DNA of 64,000 nucleotides from an uncultured delta proteobacterium (GCA_963775425.1 CAVZJB010000003.1:544001-608000); one strand, 5' to 3'; shown: positions 22,930-36,350, counted from the first letter of the stretch. Program-made: numbers and translations. Notes: generated by a model from the sequence alone, not told the origin.

Positions 22930-25188
22930 ATGCCCATCGATGTCATCCTCCCCGACGGAAACAAGAAGTCGCTGGCCGACGGTTCGAACGCCATGGACCT
23001 CGCCACGGCCATCAGCCCGGGCCTCGCCAAGGCCGTCGTGGTCGCGCGCGTCGACGGCGTCGTCCAGGATCTGCGCATCCCGCTGAAGGACGGACAGAAG
23101 GTCCAGCTCCTGAAGGCCGACACGCCCGAGGGCCTCGACACCCTGCGGCACTCCGCCGAGCACGTGATGGCCACCGCGGTGTGCCGCCTGTTCCCCAAGG
23201 CCAAGGTCACCATGGGGCCGCACGCGCACGCGGACGAGTTCTACTACGACTTCGACGTCGACAAGCCCTTCACGCCCGAGGACATCGCGGCCATCGAAGC
23301 CGAGATGCAGAAGATCATCGCCGCCGGCACCGAGTTCACCATGCAGGTGGTGTCCAAGGACGAGGCGTTCTCCATCTTCGACAAGGCGGGGCAGAACAAC
23401 GAGTACAAGCGCGAGATCCTCGGCTGGATCCCCGACGGCGAGCGCATCACGCTCTACTCCGACGCCGGCTTCGTCGACCTCTGCCGCGGGCCGCACCTGC
23501 CGCACGCCGGCTTCATCAAGGGCGTGAAGCTGACGACGCTGTCGTCGGCGTACTGGCGCGCCAACGCCGCCAACAAGTCGCTGCAGCGCGTGGGCGGCAT
23601 CGCGTTCCCCAAGAAGGACGACCTCGAGCGCTACCTGAAGAACCTCGAGGAGGCCAAGAAGCGCGACCACCGCCGGCTCGGCAAGGAGCTCGACCTCTTC
23701 ATCGTCTCCGAGCGCGGTGACGACCACAACTACGCCGAGGCCGACCCCGTCGAGGTCTACCTCGGCATCGCCGCCGCGCCGGGCACCGACACCAAGCTCG
23801 CCGACTTCGCCATGGACGTCGTGAGCCGCACCCTCGGCCCCGACCGCGCCATCCGCAAGACCATGGAGTTCTCGCCGGCGCCCGAGCCGGGCAAGGCCCA
23901 CGTCGACGCACGCATCCGCGGCCGCGTCACGCCGGCGCAGCGCGAGGCCATCACCGCGGTGCGCGTCGCGGAGAGCCCCGTCTCGCATACGCACGTCACG
24001 TCGGACATCACCTTCGAGCCCAACTTCAGCGAGGAGGTGGGGCCGGGCCTCGTCCTGTGGCTGCCCAAGGGCGGCAAGCTGCGCACCATCATCGAAGAGC
24101 AGTGGCGCAAGATGCACTTCGCCGGCGGCTACGACATCGTCTACTCGCCGCACATCGCCAAGACCGACCTGTGGAAGGTCTCGGGGCACTGGGGCTTCTA
24201 CCGGGAGTCGATGTTCTCGCCCATGTCCGTCGACGGGCACGACTACGTCTGCAAGCCGATGAACTGTCCGTTCCACATCATGATGGTGAAGTCGCGGGCG
24301 CGCTCCTACCGCGAATTCCCGCTGCGCTACGCCGAGCTCGGCACCGTGTACCGCTACGAGATGCCGGGCGTGCTGCACGGCCTCATGCGCGTGCGCGGCT
24401 TCACGCAGGACGACGCGCACCTCTTTTGCCGCTGGGATCAGGTCGACGCCGAGATCGATCGCGTCATCGGCTTCATCCTCAACGTGCTGCGTACGTTCGG
24501 CTTCAGCGACTTCGAGGTGAACCTGTCCACCCGCCCCGAGAAGTTCGTGGGCAAGGTGGAGGACTGGGATCGCGCGGAGAAGTCGCTCGAGGCGGCCATC
24601 AAGCGCCACGGGCTGCCCTTCCAGGTGGACGAGGGCGGCGGCGCCTTCTACGGCCCCAAGATCGACGTGAAGCTCACGGACTGCCTCGACCGCAAGTGGC
24701 AGTGCAGCACGCTCCAGCTCGACTTCAACAACCCCGAGCGCTTCGAGCTCGAGTTCGTGAACGCCAAGGGAGAAAAGGAGCAGCCGGTGATGTTGCACCG
24801 CGCGCTGCTCGGCTCCGTCGAGCGCTTCATCGGCATCCTCGTCGAGCACTACGCGGGGGCGTTCCCCGCGTGGCTCGCGCCCGAGCAGGTGCGCGTGCTG
24901 ACCGTGAGCGACAAGCACAACGACCACGCCCACAAGGTGGTGGACGCGCTGTCCGCCGCCGGGGTGCGGGTGACGTTCGGGGAGTCGAGCGAGAAGGTCG
25001 GCGCCAAGGTGCGAGACGCGCTGTGGGTCGAGAAGCTCCCCGCCGTGGTGGTCGTCGGAGACAAGGACGTCGAGGCCGGCGGCGGCACCTTGACGTTCCG
25101 CGAGACCCCCAAGGAGCAGAAGGCCATGTCCATCGACGCCCTGGTGAGCACGCTGACGGCGCACTGCGCCGTCCCCGAGGTGCGCTAA
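22930..25188 (+). CDS. thrS: threonine--tRNA ligase with a ~108-aa internal insertion
   Basis: TGS domain, RHSAEH, DLCRGPH, RDHRRLG, KPMNCP, RVRGFTQDDAH, AFYGPK, HRA..GS.ERF. Confidence 0.96.
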   Translation: MPIDVILPDGNKKSLADGSNAMDLATAISPGLAKAVVVARVDGVVQDLRIPLKDGQKVQLLKADTPEGLDTLRHSAEHVMATAVCRLFPKAKVTMGPHAHADEFYYDFDVDKPFTPEDIAAIEAEMQKIIAAGTEFTMQVVSKDEAFSIFDKAGQNNEYKREILGWIPDGERITLYSDAGFVDLCRGPHLPHAGFIKGVKLTTLSSAYWRANAANKSLQRVGGIAFPKKDDLERYLKNLEEAKKRDHRRLGKELDLFIVSERGDDHNYAEADPVEVYLGIAAAPGTDTKLADFAMDVVSRTLGPDRAIRKTMEFSPAPEPGKAHVDARIRGRVTPAQREAITAVRVAESPVSHTHVTSDITFEPNFSEEVGPGLVLWLPKGGKLRTIIEEQWRKMHFAGGYDIVYSPHIAKTDLWKVSGHWGFYRESMFSPMSVDGHDYVCKPMNCPFHIMMVKSRARSYREFPLRYAELGTVYRYEMPGVLHGLMRVRGFTQDDAHLFCRWDQVDAEIDRVIGFILNVLRTFGFSDFEVNLSTRPEKFVGKVEDWDRAEKSLEAAIKRHGLPFQVDEGGGAFYGPKIDVKLTDCLDRKWQCSTLQLDFNNPERFELEFVNAKGEKEQPVMLHRALLGSVERFIGILVEHYAGAFPAWLAPEQVRVLTVSDKHNDHAHKVVDALSAAGVRVTFGESSEKVGAKVRDALWVEKLPAVVVVGDKDVEAGGGTLTFRETPKEQKAMSIDALVSTLTAHCAVPEVR

Positions 25189-25302
25189 GCGCGCGGCTTG
25201 GTCTCGTCATCGTCTCGTCGTCGTGGAGGTGGGGCTGTCCCCCCCAGCGCGGGCACGGATCCCCGGCTACAAAGAAGGGATCTCGAGGTCTAGCTTGAGG
25301 AC

Positions 25303-25926
25303 ATGATGCGCCTCACACCACTCCTCCTCGTTGCCGTTGCGTTCGGGTCCACACCTGTGCTCGCCGGGCCGGAGCTGACCCGCGCGTACATCCTCTCGAT
25401 CGTCAAGGACAACAAGCCCGACATCGAAGCCTGCGGCCGCTCGCTGCACGACGAGGTGGTGAAGACCCACTTCGTCATCGACACCCAGGGCAGCGTCGAG
25501 CACGTGAAGGTCGCCGGCAAGCATCGCCGGGACGCCGTCGGCACCTGCCTGCGCCGCCAGCTCAGCGCGATGCGCTTCGGTCCTTCGCTGACGGCCACGC
25601 CCGTGACCTTCCCGTTCCGCCTCGGCGACAAGAAGGCGCGCCAGGCCGAGCGCCTCCTGCGCAGCGAGAAGGGCGGCAAGCGCCTCGACGCAAACGAGGT
25701 GCACGACCTCTTGAAGCTCCTGCAGACCAACATGAGCTCGTGCGGCAGCGGCACCGTCGACACCCACTTCGACATCCTGCCGAGCGGCCTCGTGCGCAAC
25801 ATCGAGATGAGCGGCGACCACGCCGACGACAAGGTCGGAAAGTGCGTCCGCACCAAGCTCGTCCGCGCCCGCTTCCCCCACGCCAAGGCCGCCACGCCCG
25901 TCACGCACGCGTTCCAGCTCGACTGA
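25303..25926 (+). CDS. secreted protein with two AgmX/PglI C-terminal (TonB-C-like) domains
   Basis: Signal peptide; two repeats of I..C...V...F.I...G.V...VG.C......RFP...VT.PF. Confidence 0.65.
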   Translation: MMRLTPLLLVAVAFGSTPVLAGPELTRAYILSIVKDNKPDIEACGRSLHDEVVKTHFVIDTQGSVEHVKVAGKHRRDAVGTCLRRQLSAMRFGPSLTATPVTFPFRLGDKKARQAERLLRSEKGGKRLDANEVHDLLKLLQTNMSSCGSGTVDTHFDILPSGLVRNIEMSGDHADDKVGKCVRTKLVRARFPHAKAATPVTHAFQLD

Positions 25927-25953
25927 CGTGGCCGAAGCGCGCAGCATCGAGGC

Positions 25954-26367
25954 ATGCGGCTCGTCTGCATGGCCGACACGCACATGTTCCACGGGGATTG
26001 GAGCGCCGTCCCCGCCGGCGACGTCCTCGTCCACGCCGGCGACATGACCCGCGGCGGGACGCGGGAGGAGCTCGTCTGTGTGCGGGACTTCCTCGCGGCC
26101 CTGCCGCACCCGCACAAGGTCCTCGTCACGCACGGGCCGCCCCACGGGATCCTCGACGACGCCGGCGGTTATCGCGGGACCGGCGGTTCGAGCCCCGCCG
26201 GCTGCGAGGCGCTGCGCGATCGCGTCCGCGAGCTCCGGCCGCGGCTGCACGTCTTCGGACACATCCACACGAACCAGGGCGTCGTCGACGACGACGGCGT
26301 CCGCTATGTCAACTGTACGACCGACGAGTGCGAGCGGGCGCCGCTCGTCGTGGACCTCCCGGGGTGA
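25954..26367 (+). pseudogene. metallophosphoesterase with an in-frame internal deletion
   Basis: DTH, HAGD, THGPP and FGHIH are present but the central GNH motif region is absent; only 137 aa. Confidence 0.6.
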
Positions 26368-26488
26368 CGGCGGGGCCCGCACGACGGGAGCGCCTCGCGC
26401 GGCTGTTCGTGAGCAACGGCCAACAAAGACAGTTCCCCGTTGCGTCCGCGGGGTAACGTTGGCATCTCGTCCGCAATTGGAGGATCCC

Positions 26489-27307
<819 letters not shown>

Positions 27308-27331
27308 GCGGGTCGCGCGTCCGCGCGGGGG

Positions 27332-27358
27332 GCGCAGGCGGCGGTCCGCCGTCTGCGC
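27332..27358 (+). other. GC-rich stem-loop between infC and rpmI
   Basis: GCGCAGGCGGCG-GTC-CGCCGTCTGCGC (one G-U pair); no U-tract. Confidence 0.45.
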
Positions 27359-27430
27359 TCTCGCAAAGACCTCTTGCCTCGACCGGCCCGTGCGGTAGAC
27401 GGGAGATCCCGTTTTTCCCCGAGAGAGACC

Positions 27431-27649
27431 ATGGCCCGCAAGCAGAAGACCAAACCGAAGATGAAGACGAACCGCGCCGCGGCGAAGCGCTTCAGCACCA
27501 CCGGCACCGGCCTCGTCGTCTTCGGCGCCAAGGGCCACCGACACGGCCTCTCCAACAAGAGCCGCAAGCACAACCGGAACATGAAGAAGCTCCGGTACAT
27601 GTCGCCGGGTGATGCCCAGCGCGTGGCTCGCCAAATCCCGTACCTCTAG
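27431..27649 (+). CDS. rpmI: 50S ribosomal protein L35
   Basis: [17 protein letters not shown]; lies between infC and rplT. Confidence 0.93.
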   Translation: MARKQKTKPKMKTNRAAAKRFSTTGTGLVVFGAKGHRHGLSNKSRKHNRNMKKLRYMSPGDAQRVARQIPYL

Positions 27650-27659
27650 GAGATTTCAC

Positions 27660-28007
27660 ATGGCACGCGTCAAAGGCGGACCCACGGGTCGCCGTCGTCA
27701 CAAGCGCATCCTGAAGATGGCGAAGGGTTACTACGGCTCGCGCCGCACGATGTTCTATCTCGCCAACGAGACCGTCGAGCGCGCCCTGCAGTACGCCTTC
27801 CGCGACCGCAAGGTGAAGAAGCGCGACTTCCGCAAGCTGTGGATCGCCCGCATCAACGCGGCCGCCCGCATGAACGGCGTGAGCTACTCGATGCTCATGG
27901 GCGGTCTCAAGAAGCACAGCGTCGGGCTCGACCGCCGCGCCCTCGCCGCCATCGCGCTGCAGGACCCCGCGGGCTTCTCGGCCGTCGCCTCGCTCGCCAA
28001 ATCCTGA
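27660..28007 (+). CDS. rplT: 50S ribosomal protein L20
   Basis: [34 protein letters not shown]. Confidence 0.97.
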   Translation: MARVKGGPTGRRRHKRILKMAKGYYGSRRTMFYLANETVERALQYAFRDRKVKKRDFRKLWIARINAAARMNGVSYSMLMGGLKKHSVGLDRRALAAIALQDPAGFSAVASLAKS

Positions 28008-28091
28008 CGCTCGCCCCGGCTATCCAATGCGCGCCACGACACGTTGGCTCCTCGACAAGAGGGGCCCCCCCATGATCTGCTCACGCACGAG

Positions 28092-29171
<1,080 letters not shown>

Positions 29172-29172
29172 G

Positions 29173-31827
29173 ATGCGCGTCTCGTTCAACTGGCTCGCCG
29201 AGCTCGTCGAGCTGCCCAAGGGCACCACGCCCGAGCAGACGGCGGCGCAGCTCACGGCCATGGGCCTCGAGGTCGAGGCCATCGAGGATCTCGCGGCCCC
29301 GCTCGCCGGCGTCGTCGTCGCTCGCGTCGCCCGCGTGGAGCCGCACCCCACGGCGCCGCCCACGGAGACCGGGGGCCTCTCGGTCTGCACGGTCGAGGCG
29401 GGGGGCGCGCCCCTCACCATCGTGTGCGGCGCCAAGAACGTCGCCGAGGGACAGCTCGTGTGCCTCGCGCCCGTGGGCACGCACCTGCCGGCGCTCGACC
29501 GGTACGTCGGCGGCGTCCTCGACTTCCGGTTCGTCATCGGGGAGCGCGCGGTGAAGGGCGTCGCGTCGCAGGGGATGCTGTGCTCCGCGCAGGAGCTCGG
29601 CCTGCCCTGGTCCACCGAGGGCATCCTCGTGCTGCCTCAGCAGGAGGGCGTGTCCCCGGGGGCGCCCGTCGCTCCCGCGCTCGGACGCGAGGACGTGGTG
29701 CTCACGCTCGGCGTCACCCCCAACCGCCCCGACGCGCTCTCGCACATGGGCGTCGCCCGCGAGCTGTGCGCCGCCTTCAAGACGCGCATGCGCGCGCAGG
29801 CGCCGACGTGCGCCGAGCGCGGCGGCCCCATCGACGACGTCGCCCACGTCGCCATCGAGGACCTCGAGGGCTGCCCGCGCTACGCGTGCCGCGTCATCGA
29901 GGGCGTGATGGTGCAGCCGTCGCCGCTGTGGCTGGTGGCGCGCCTCGCGGCGTGCGGCGTGCGCTCCGTCAACAACGTCGTCGACGTCACCAACCTGGTG
30001 ATGATGGAGCGCGGCATCCCGCTGCACGCGTTCGACTGCGACAAGATCGGCAAGGAGACCCGCTCGTCGTCGGGCGGCCGAGCGTCCATCATCGTGCGCT
30101 CCGCCAGGCCCGGCGAGACGCTCCTGACGCTCGACGGCAAGGAGCGCGCCCTCGTCGAGACCGACCTCGTCATCGCCGACCCCGAGAAGGCCATCGCGCT
30201 CGCGGGCGTGATGGGCGGCGCCGACACCGAGGTGTCGCCGGACACCTCGCGCATCCTCCTCGAGTGCGCGTACTTCGCGCCCTCCCGCGTGCGAAAGACC
30301 GCGCGTCGCCTGGCGCTGCACTCCGAGGCCAGCCACCGCTTCGAGCGCGGCTGCGATCCGAACGGCGTGCTGCACGCGCTCGACCGCGCCGCCGGCCTCA
30401 TCAGCGACATGTCGTTCACGGCCAAGGCCGGCACGTCCAAGACCGGCGGCCCCGACAAGCCGGGGACGGGTGTCACCAACGTCAGCGGCGGCCGCGTCGC
30501 CCGCGGCGTCATCGACGTCTACCCGAAGAAGGTCGCGCCCGCGGTGGTGTCGCTCAGGCCCAAGCGGGCGGCGCAGCTCCTCGGGCTTTCGCCCAAGCTC
30601 GTCGACGAGGCCAACGTCTCCAAGCTCCTGCTCGCCCTCGGCCTCGAGGTGGAGGGCAGGGACGCCGAGGCCATCCGCTTCCGCGTCCCCACGTACCGTC
30701 CCGACCTCCTGCGCGAGGTCGACCTCATCGAGGAGCTCTTGCGGCTGGTGGGCACCGACGCCGTCCCCGCGTCGCTGCCGGCGCGCGCGGCCGAGGCCGA
30801 GGGGCTCTTCGACGAGCGCCGCTTCCGCACGCTGCAGACGGCGCGGGCGTCGCTCGAGGCCTCCGGTTTCGACGAGGCCATCAACCTCGCCTTCGTGAGC
30901 CCGCAGGCGCTCGACCCGTTCGACGGCGGCGACGCCACCGGCCGCATCACCTTGAGGAACCCCCTCGGCGAGGAGATGAGCGTCCTTCGCAAGTCGCTGT
31001 TGCCGGGGCTGCTGCAAAACGTCGCCACCAACCACCGCCGCGGAAACATCGACGTGCGCCTCTACGAGACGGCCACGGTGTTCCTCGGCAAAAACCCCGC
31101 GGGCCGCACGCCCGCCAAGGAGCGCGACGGCGCCGCGGGCGTCGACGCGTGGGCGCGCGAGGTGGTGCGCCTGTCGGGCGTGGCCGCCGGCAGCGACGCC
31201 GCCGGCGCCTTCGACAGGAAGTCGCAGCCCCTCGACTTCTTCGACGTCAAGGGCGCCATCCAGGATCTGCTCGAGGCGCTCGGCGTCGCCACGGGGTTGT
31301 TCGCGTCGCCGGTGTCGTTCCTCCCCGCCGACGATCGCTACCCGTTCCTCCACCCGCGTGCCCGCGCCGAGGTCTGGGTGCGCACCAAGCAGCCGCACTG
31401 GATCGGCGTCGTCGGCGAGATCCACCCGGATCTGGTCGCGCGGCACGACATCAAGGGGCGCGCGTACGGCTTCGAGCTCGACGTCGATGCGCTCGGCCGC
31501 GTGGCGATCGAGCGGCCGCGCGCCCGCCCGCTGCCGCGCTTCCCCGCGGTGCGCCGCGACTTCGCGCTCGTCGTCGACGAGGATCTGCCGGCGGCGGATC
31601 TGTGTGCGCGCCTCGCCGACAACGGCGCCGTCAAGACCCTCCTCGAAGGCATCGACGTGTTCGACGTCTACCGAGGCGACAAGCTCCCTGAGGGAAAGAA
31701 GTCGGTGGCCATCGCGCTCACACTTCGCGCACCTGATCGCACCTTGACCGATGAGGAGATCAACCGCTTGGCGTCGGTGTTGCTCGACGATGCGCGCGCG
31801 CACTTCAGAGCGGAAGTTCGCGGATAG
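29173..31827 (+). CDS. pheT: phenylalanine--tRNA ligase beta subunit
   Basis: IVCGAKN, SQGMLCS, TPNRPDALS, NNVVDVTN, RFERG, RRDFAL, FDVYRG. Confidence 0.96.
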   Translation: MRVSFNWLAELVELPKGTTPEQTAAQLTAMGLEVEAIEDLAAPLAGVVVARVARVEPHPTAPPTETGGLSVCTVEAGGAPLTIVCGAKNVAEGQLVCLAPVGTHLPALDRYVGGVLDFRFVIGERAVKGVASQGMLCSAQELGLPWSTEGILVLPQQEGVSPGAPVAPALGREDVVLTLGVTPNRPDALSHMGVARELCAAFKTRMRAQAPTCAERGGPIDDVAHVAIEDLEGCPRYACRVIEGVMVQPSPLWLVARLAACGVRSVNNVVDVTNLVMMERGIPLHAFDCDKIGKETRSSSGGRASIIVRSARPGETLLTLDGKERALVETDLVIADPEKAIALAGVMGGADTEVSPDTSRILLECAYFAPSRVRKTARRLALHSEASHRFERGCDPNGVLHALDRAAGLISDMSFTAKAGTSKTGGPDKPGTGVTNVSGGRVARGVIDVYPKKVAPAVVSLRPKRAAQLLGLSPKLVDEANVSKLLLALGLEVEGRDAEAIRFRVPTYRPDLLREVDLIEELLRLVGTDAVPASLPARAAEAEGLFDERRFRTLQTARASLEASGFDEAINLAFVSPQALDPFDGGDATGRITLRNPLGEEMSVLRKSLLPGLLQNVATNHRRGNIDVRLYETATVFLGKNPAGRTPAKERDGAAGVDAWAREVVRLSGVAAGSDAAGAFDRKSQPLDFFDVKGAIQDLLEALGVATGLFASPVSFLPADDRYPFLHPRARAEVWVRTKQPHWIGVVGEIHPDLVARHDIKGRAYGFELDVDALGRVAIERPRARPLPRFPAVRRDFALVVDEDLPAADLCARLADNGAVKTLLEGIDVFDVYRGDKLPEGKKSVAIALTLRAPDRTLTDEEINRLASVLLDDARAHFRAEVRG

Positions 31828-31859
31828 ACATCCGCTCCGTCCTCGACGATGATGCGCCG

Positions 31860-32207
31860 ATGCCCGACGCGACCGACAGTTCTGGCGCTCGCACCATCAC
31901 CAAGGCCGATCTGATCGAGGCGGTCTACGAGAAGGTCGGCTTCTCCAAGAAGGAGTCGAGCGAGATCGTCGAGAAGATCCTCGAGACCATGAAGGTCACC
32001 CTTCAGCGCGGAGAGAAGCTCAAGATCTCCGGCTTCGGCAAGTTCGAGGTGCGGCACAAGAACACGCGCCGCGGGCGAAACCCGCAGACCAACATGGAGC
32101 TGCAGATCCCCGCGCACCGCGTCGTCTCGTTCAAGCCCAGCCAGGTGTTGAAGGCCGCCATCGCCGGTGAGCCCACGGCGGGCGTCTCGGACGCTGACCT
32201 CGAGTAG
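31860..32207 (+). CDS. ihfA: integration host factor alpha subunit
   Basis: TKADL, KISGFGKF, GRNPQT, RVVSFKPS; directly after pheT. Confidence 0.92.
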   Translation: MPDATDSSGARTITKADLIEAVYEKVGFSKKESSEIVEKILETMKVTLQRGEKLKISGFGKFEVRHKNTRRGRNPQTNMELQIPAHRVVSFKPSQVLKAAIAGEPTAGVSDADLE

Positions 32208-32213
32208 CGCCCA

Positions 32214-32927
32214 TTGCCGCTGCCCGTGCTCCCCGAGAAGAAGTACTTCAAGATTGGCGAGGTCGCCGACCTCGTCGGCGTCGAGCCCCACGTCCTGCGC
32301 TACTGGGAGACGCAATTCCCGCAGCTCCGCCCGCACAAGGCCAGGAGCGGCCACCGCCTCTACCGCCGCCGCGAGGTGGAGACGCTCCTCGTCATCCGGG
32401 AGCTGCTGCACGTTCAGCGCTTCACCATCGCCGGCGCGCGCCAGGCGTTGCGGCAGCCGGGGGGCGCGCTGTCGCTCCTGCCGCGCTTCTTCAACGGGCC
32501 GCACGAGCCCTCCTCGTCCGCTGCGTCCGATCCGTCCGCTCCGTCCATCCCACCGATCGTGGAGGCGACCGCTCCGACCACGCTCGTGCCCCACGACGCC
32601 ACCGACGCCACCGACCCCGACGGCGCGCCCACCGGGCTCTTCGACGATGACGGCCACGAGCTCGTCTCGCTCGAGGCCGAGGGCCTCGACGGCGCCGCGC
32701 TCCGGGAGGCGCTCGAGCGCCAGGCCGCTGAACGGTCGTCGGCGCCGATGGTGGAGGTGGACGTCGAGGGTGTCGACGTGCCCCCCGCCAGGGCCCCGCG
32801 GCCGCGCGTCCCGGTGGTCTCGTTGTCGCTCACCCCGCGCAAGCGCAGCCTCCTCGAGGACGCCCTCGGCGACGCCCGCGCCATCCTCGCCGTCCTCGAT
32901 CGCGAGGACGCGCGGGCCCATGCCTGA
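32214..32927 (+). CDS. MerR-type HTH regulator (conserved after ihfA) with an acidic low-complexity middle
   Basis: KKYFKIGEV...HVLRYWETQFPQL, FTIAGAR. Confidence 0.88.
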   Translation: MPLPVLPEKKYFKIGEVADLVGVEPHVLRYWETQFPQLRPHKARSGHRLYRRREVETLLVIRELLHVQRFTIAGARQALRQPGGALSLLPRFFNGPHEPSSSAASDPSAPSIPPIVEATAPTTLVPHDATDATDPDGAPTGLFDDDGHELVSLEAEGLDGAALREALERQAAERSSAPMVEVDVEGVDVPPARAPRPRVPVVSLSLTPRKRSLLEDALGDARAILAVLDREDARAHA

Positions 32928-32956
32928 CGCGTGAACAGTCCTTAGAGTCCCTGCTC

Positions 32957-33889
32957 GTGACCGCCATGTTCTCCCACCTGCCCGACACCGTGCGCCTCAT
33001 GGAGGTGGGCCCCCGGGACGGTCTGCAAAACGAGAAGGTCGTCGTCGACACGCGCACCAAGATCGCGTTCATCGAGGAGCTCGTCGCCGCCGGCTGCCGT
33101 CGCGTGGAGATCACGGCCTTCGTGAACCCGCGCTGGATCCCGCCGCTCGCCGACCACGCCGAGGTCGCCCGCGGCGTGCGCGCGGCGCGGTCCGCGCCGG
33201 CGGGCGCCGTGTTCGCCGCGCTGGTGCCGAACATCAAGGGCTACGAGAGCGCCGCCGCCGCCGGCCTCGACGAGGTCGCGATCTTCCTCGCGGCGTCGGA
33301 GTCGCACAACCGCAAGAACATCAACTGTGGCACCGAGGAGGCCCTGGCGCGCTACGCCGAGGTCACCGCGCGCGCGCGGGCCGACGGCCGGCCCTTTCGC
33401 GGCTATGTCTCGTGCGCCATGGGCTGCCCCTACGAGGGGGCGGTGCCGGTGAAGGCCGTGGTCGACGTCGCCGAGAAGCTGCTCGCCATGGGGGCGTACG
33501 AGATCTCCATCGGCGACACCATCGGCGTCGGCAACCCGCGCCAGACCGCGGAGCTGGTGCGCGCGCTCAAGGCGTCGGTGCCGCTCGACAAGATCGCGCT
33601 CCACCTGCACGACACCCGCGGCACCGCCCTCGCCAACATCGCGGCCGGGCTCGAGGAAGGGGTGCGCGCCTTCGACTCCGCCGCCGGCGGCCTCGGGGGG
33701 TGTCCTTACGCCCCGGGCGCCTCCGGGAACGTCGCCACCGAGGACCTCGTGTATATGCTCGAGGGGATGGGCGTCCGCACCGGCATCGACCTGAACAAGC
33801 TCGCGCGCATCTCCCTGAAGATGGAGAAGGTGCTCGGGCGCGAGCTGCCCTCCAAGACGCTGGCGGCGATGAGGTCCGCGTGCGCATGA
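32957..33889 (+). CDS. hydroxymethylglutaryl-CoA lyase
   Basis: EVGPRDGLQNE, GDTIG, HLHDT, GGLGGCPYAPGASGN. Confidence 0.93.
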   Translation: MTAMFSHLPDTVRLMEVGPRDGLQNEKVVVDTRTKIAFIEELVAAGCRRVEITAFVNPRWIPPLADHAEVARGVRAARSAPAGAVFAALVPNIKGYESAAAAGLDEVAIFLAASESHNRKNINCGTEEALARYAEVTARARADGRPFRGYVSCAMGCPYEGAVPVKAVVDVAEKLLAMGAYEISIGDTIGVGNPRQTAELVRALKASVPLDKIALHLHDTRGTALANIAAGLEEGVRAFDSAAGGLGGCPYAPGASGNVATEDLVYMLEGMGVRTGIDLNKLARISLKMEKVLGRELPSKTLAAMRSACA

Positions 33890-34815
33890 GCCCCGCGCAC
33901 CTGGCCGCGCTCTGCCCCGCGCTCCTGGCGGGGGCGCTCCTGGGCGGGCTCCCCGCGTGCCACGCCAGCCGCACCTTGCCCGTGCGCAAGGTGCTCGTCG
34001 ACGTCGAGCCCGCCGCCGTGGGCGTCGATCGTGAGCAGGTGCGCGCGGTGGTGAACGAGACGTTGAAGCGGGCCCGCGGCATCGAGGTGGTCCCCGAGGC
34101 GGGCCACGACGACGCCGCCGTGCTGCGCGTGCGGGTGGAGGGCTACGGCCCGCAGACCGGCCAGGGCGGCGGCGGCGGCGACGCCGACCACGGCCCCGCC
34201 AAGACCACGCTCGCGCTCGCGGTGGAGCTGACGTCGGTGCCGGGTGACACCGGCGAGCTGCGCGGCCACGCGCTCGCCTCCGGCGTCGGCGTCGTGGACG
34301 CCCGGGACCTCGTCGGGCAGGCCCTGCGCGACGCGCTGGCGCAGGTGCTCATGACGCGCAACGCGAGCGAATTGAAGAGCGCCGAGCTCATCGGCTGGCT
34401 CGGCGACGACAGCCACACCGACGATCAAAAGGCGCGCGCCATCCGCATCCTCGGGTCGCGGCGCGAGCGCACGGCGGTGGCGGCGGTGGCGAAGGTGCTG
34501 GTGTCGCGGGACCGGGAGCTGGCGCCGCTGGCGCTGGCGGCGCTCACCAACATCGGCGACCCCGGCGCCGTCGACGCCGTCATCGCCTACTCGGACCGCC
34601 AGCCCTCCGTCGTGAAGAAGCAGTGCATCGAGGCGGTGCGCAGCATGGGCTCGGAGCGCGCCAAGCCCTGGCTGTTCACGCTGTCGACCGGCTCCCCCGA
34701 CCTCGACGTGCAGGAGTACGCCGGCGCCGCGCTGGCGGCGCTCGAGGCGCAGAAGGTGTCCCTGCCGGCGGTGGCCAACGTCGAGCAGAAGCCGGGCAAC
34801 CAAGCGACGCCGTAG
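33886..34815 (+). CDS. HEAT-repeat-containing putative lipoprotein
   Basis: Lipobox-like LGGLPAC; C-terminal helical repeats (RAIRILG, AALTNIGDP); ATGA overlap with the previous gene. Confidence 0.65.
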   Translation: MSPAHLAALCPALLAGALLGGLPACHASRTLPVRKVLVDVEPAAVGVDREQVRAVVNETLKRARGIEVVPEAGHDDAAVLRVRVEGYGPQTGQGGGGGDADHGPAKTTLALAVELTSVPGDTGELRGHALASGVGVVDARDLVGQALRDALAQVLMTRNASELKSAELIGWLGDDSHTDDQKARAIRILGSRRERTAVAAVAKVLVSRDRELAPLALAALTNIGDPGAVDAVIAYSDRQPSVVKKQCIEAVRSMGSERAKPWLFTLSTGSPDLDVQEYAGAALAALEAQKVSLPAVANVEQKPGNQATP

Positions 34816-34866
34816 CGCCGCGCTTGCGTTGCCCGGGGTGCCGGCCGACGCTATCGCTCGGCAACC

Positions 34867-36234
<1,368 letters not shown>

Positions 36235-36259
36235 GCTCCCCGGTCCGCTACCGCGGCGC

Positions 36260-36350
36260 CGCGTCCTGCAACGGTGCCGTCGCATCCTGCGCCCCCAGCG
36301 CCCCCGCCCGGGCCGCGCCACGCGGCCCAGGCGCGGGCATGGGCCGTGCT
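36260..36350 (+). promoter_or_regulatory. tandem enhancer sites plus sigma54 promoter of the Pal-like gene
   Basis: CGCGTCCTGCA (36260), CGCATCCTGCG (36281), GG-N10-GC at 36336-36349. Confidence 0.65.

Noticed and set aside
23701-24024. Intein or intron explanation for the ThrRS insert
   Set aside because: No N-terminal Cys/Ser, no C-terminal His-Asn and no LAGLIDADG motif; the frame is open with host-like codons.
25189-25300. Possible tRNA or ncRNA after thrS
   Set aside because: No cloverleaf, T-loop or CCA; only weak hairpins.
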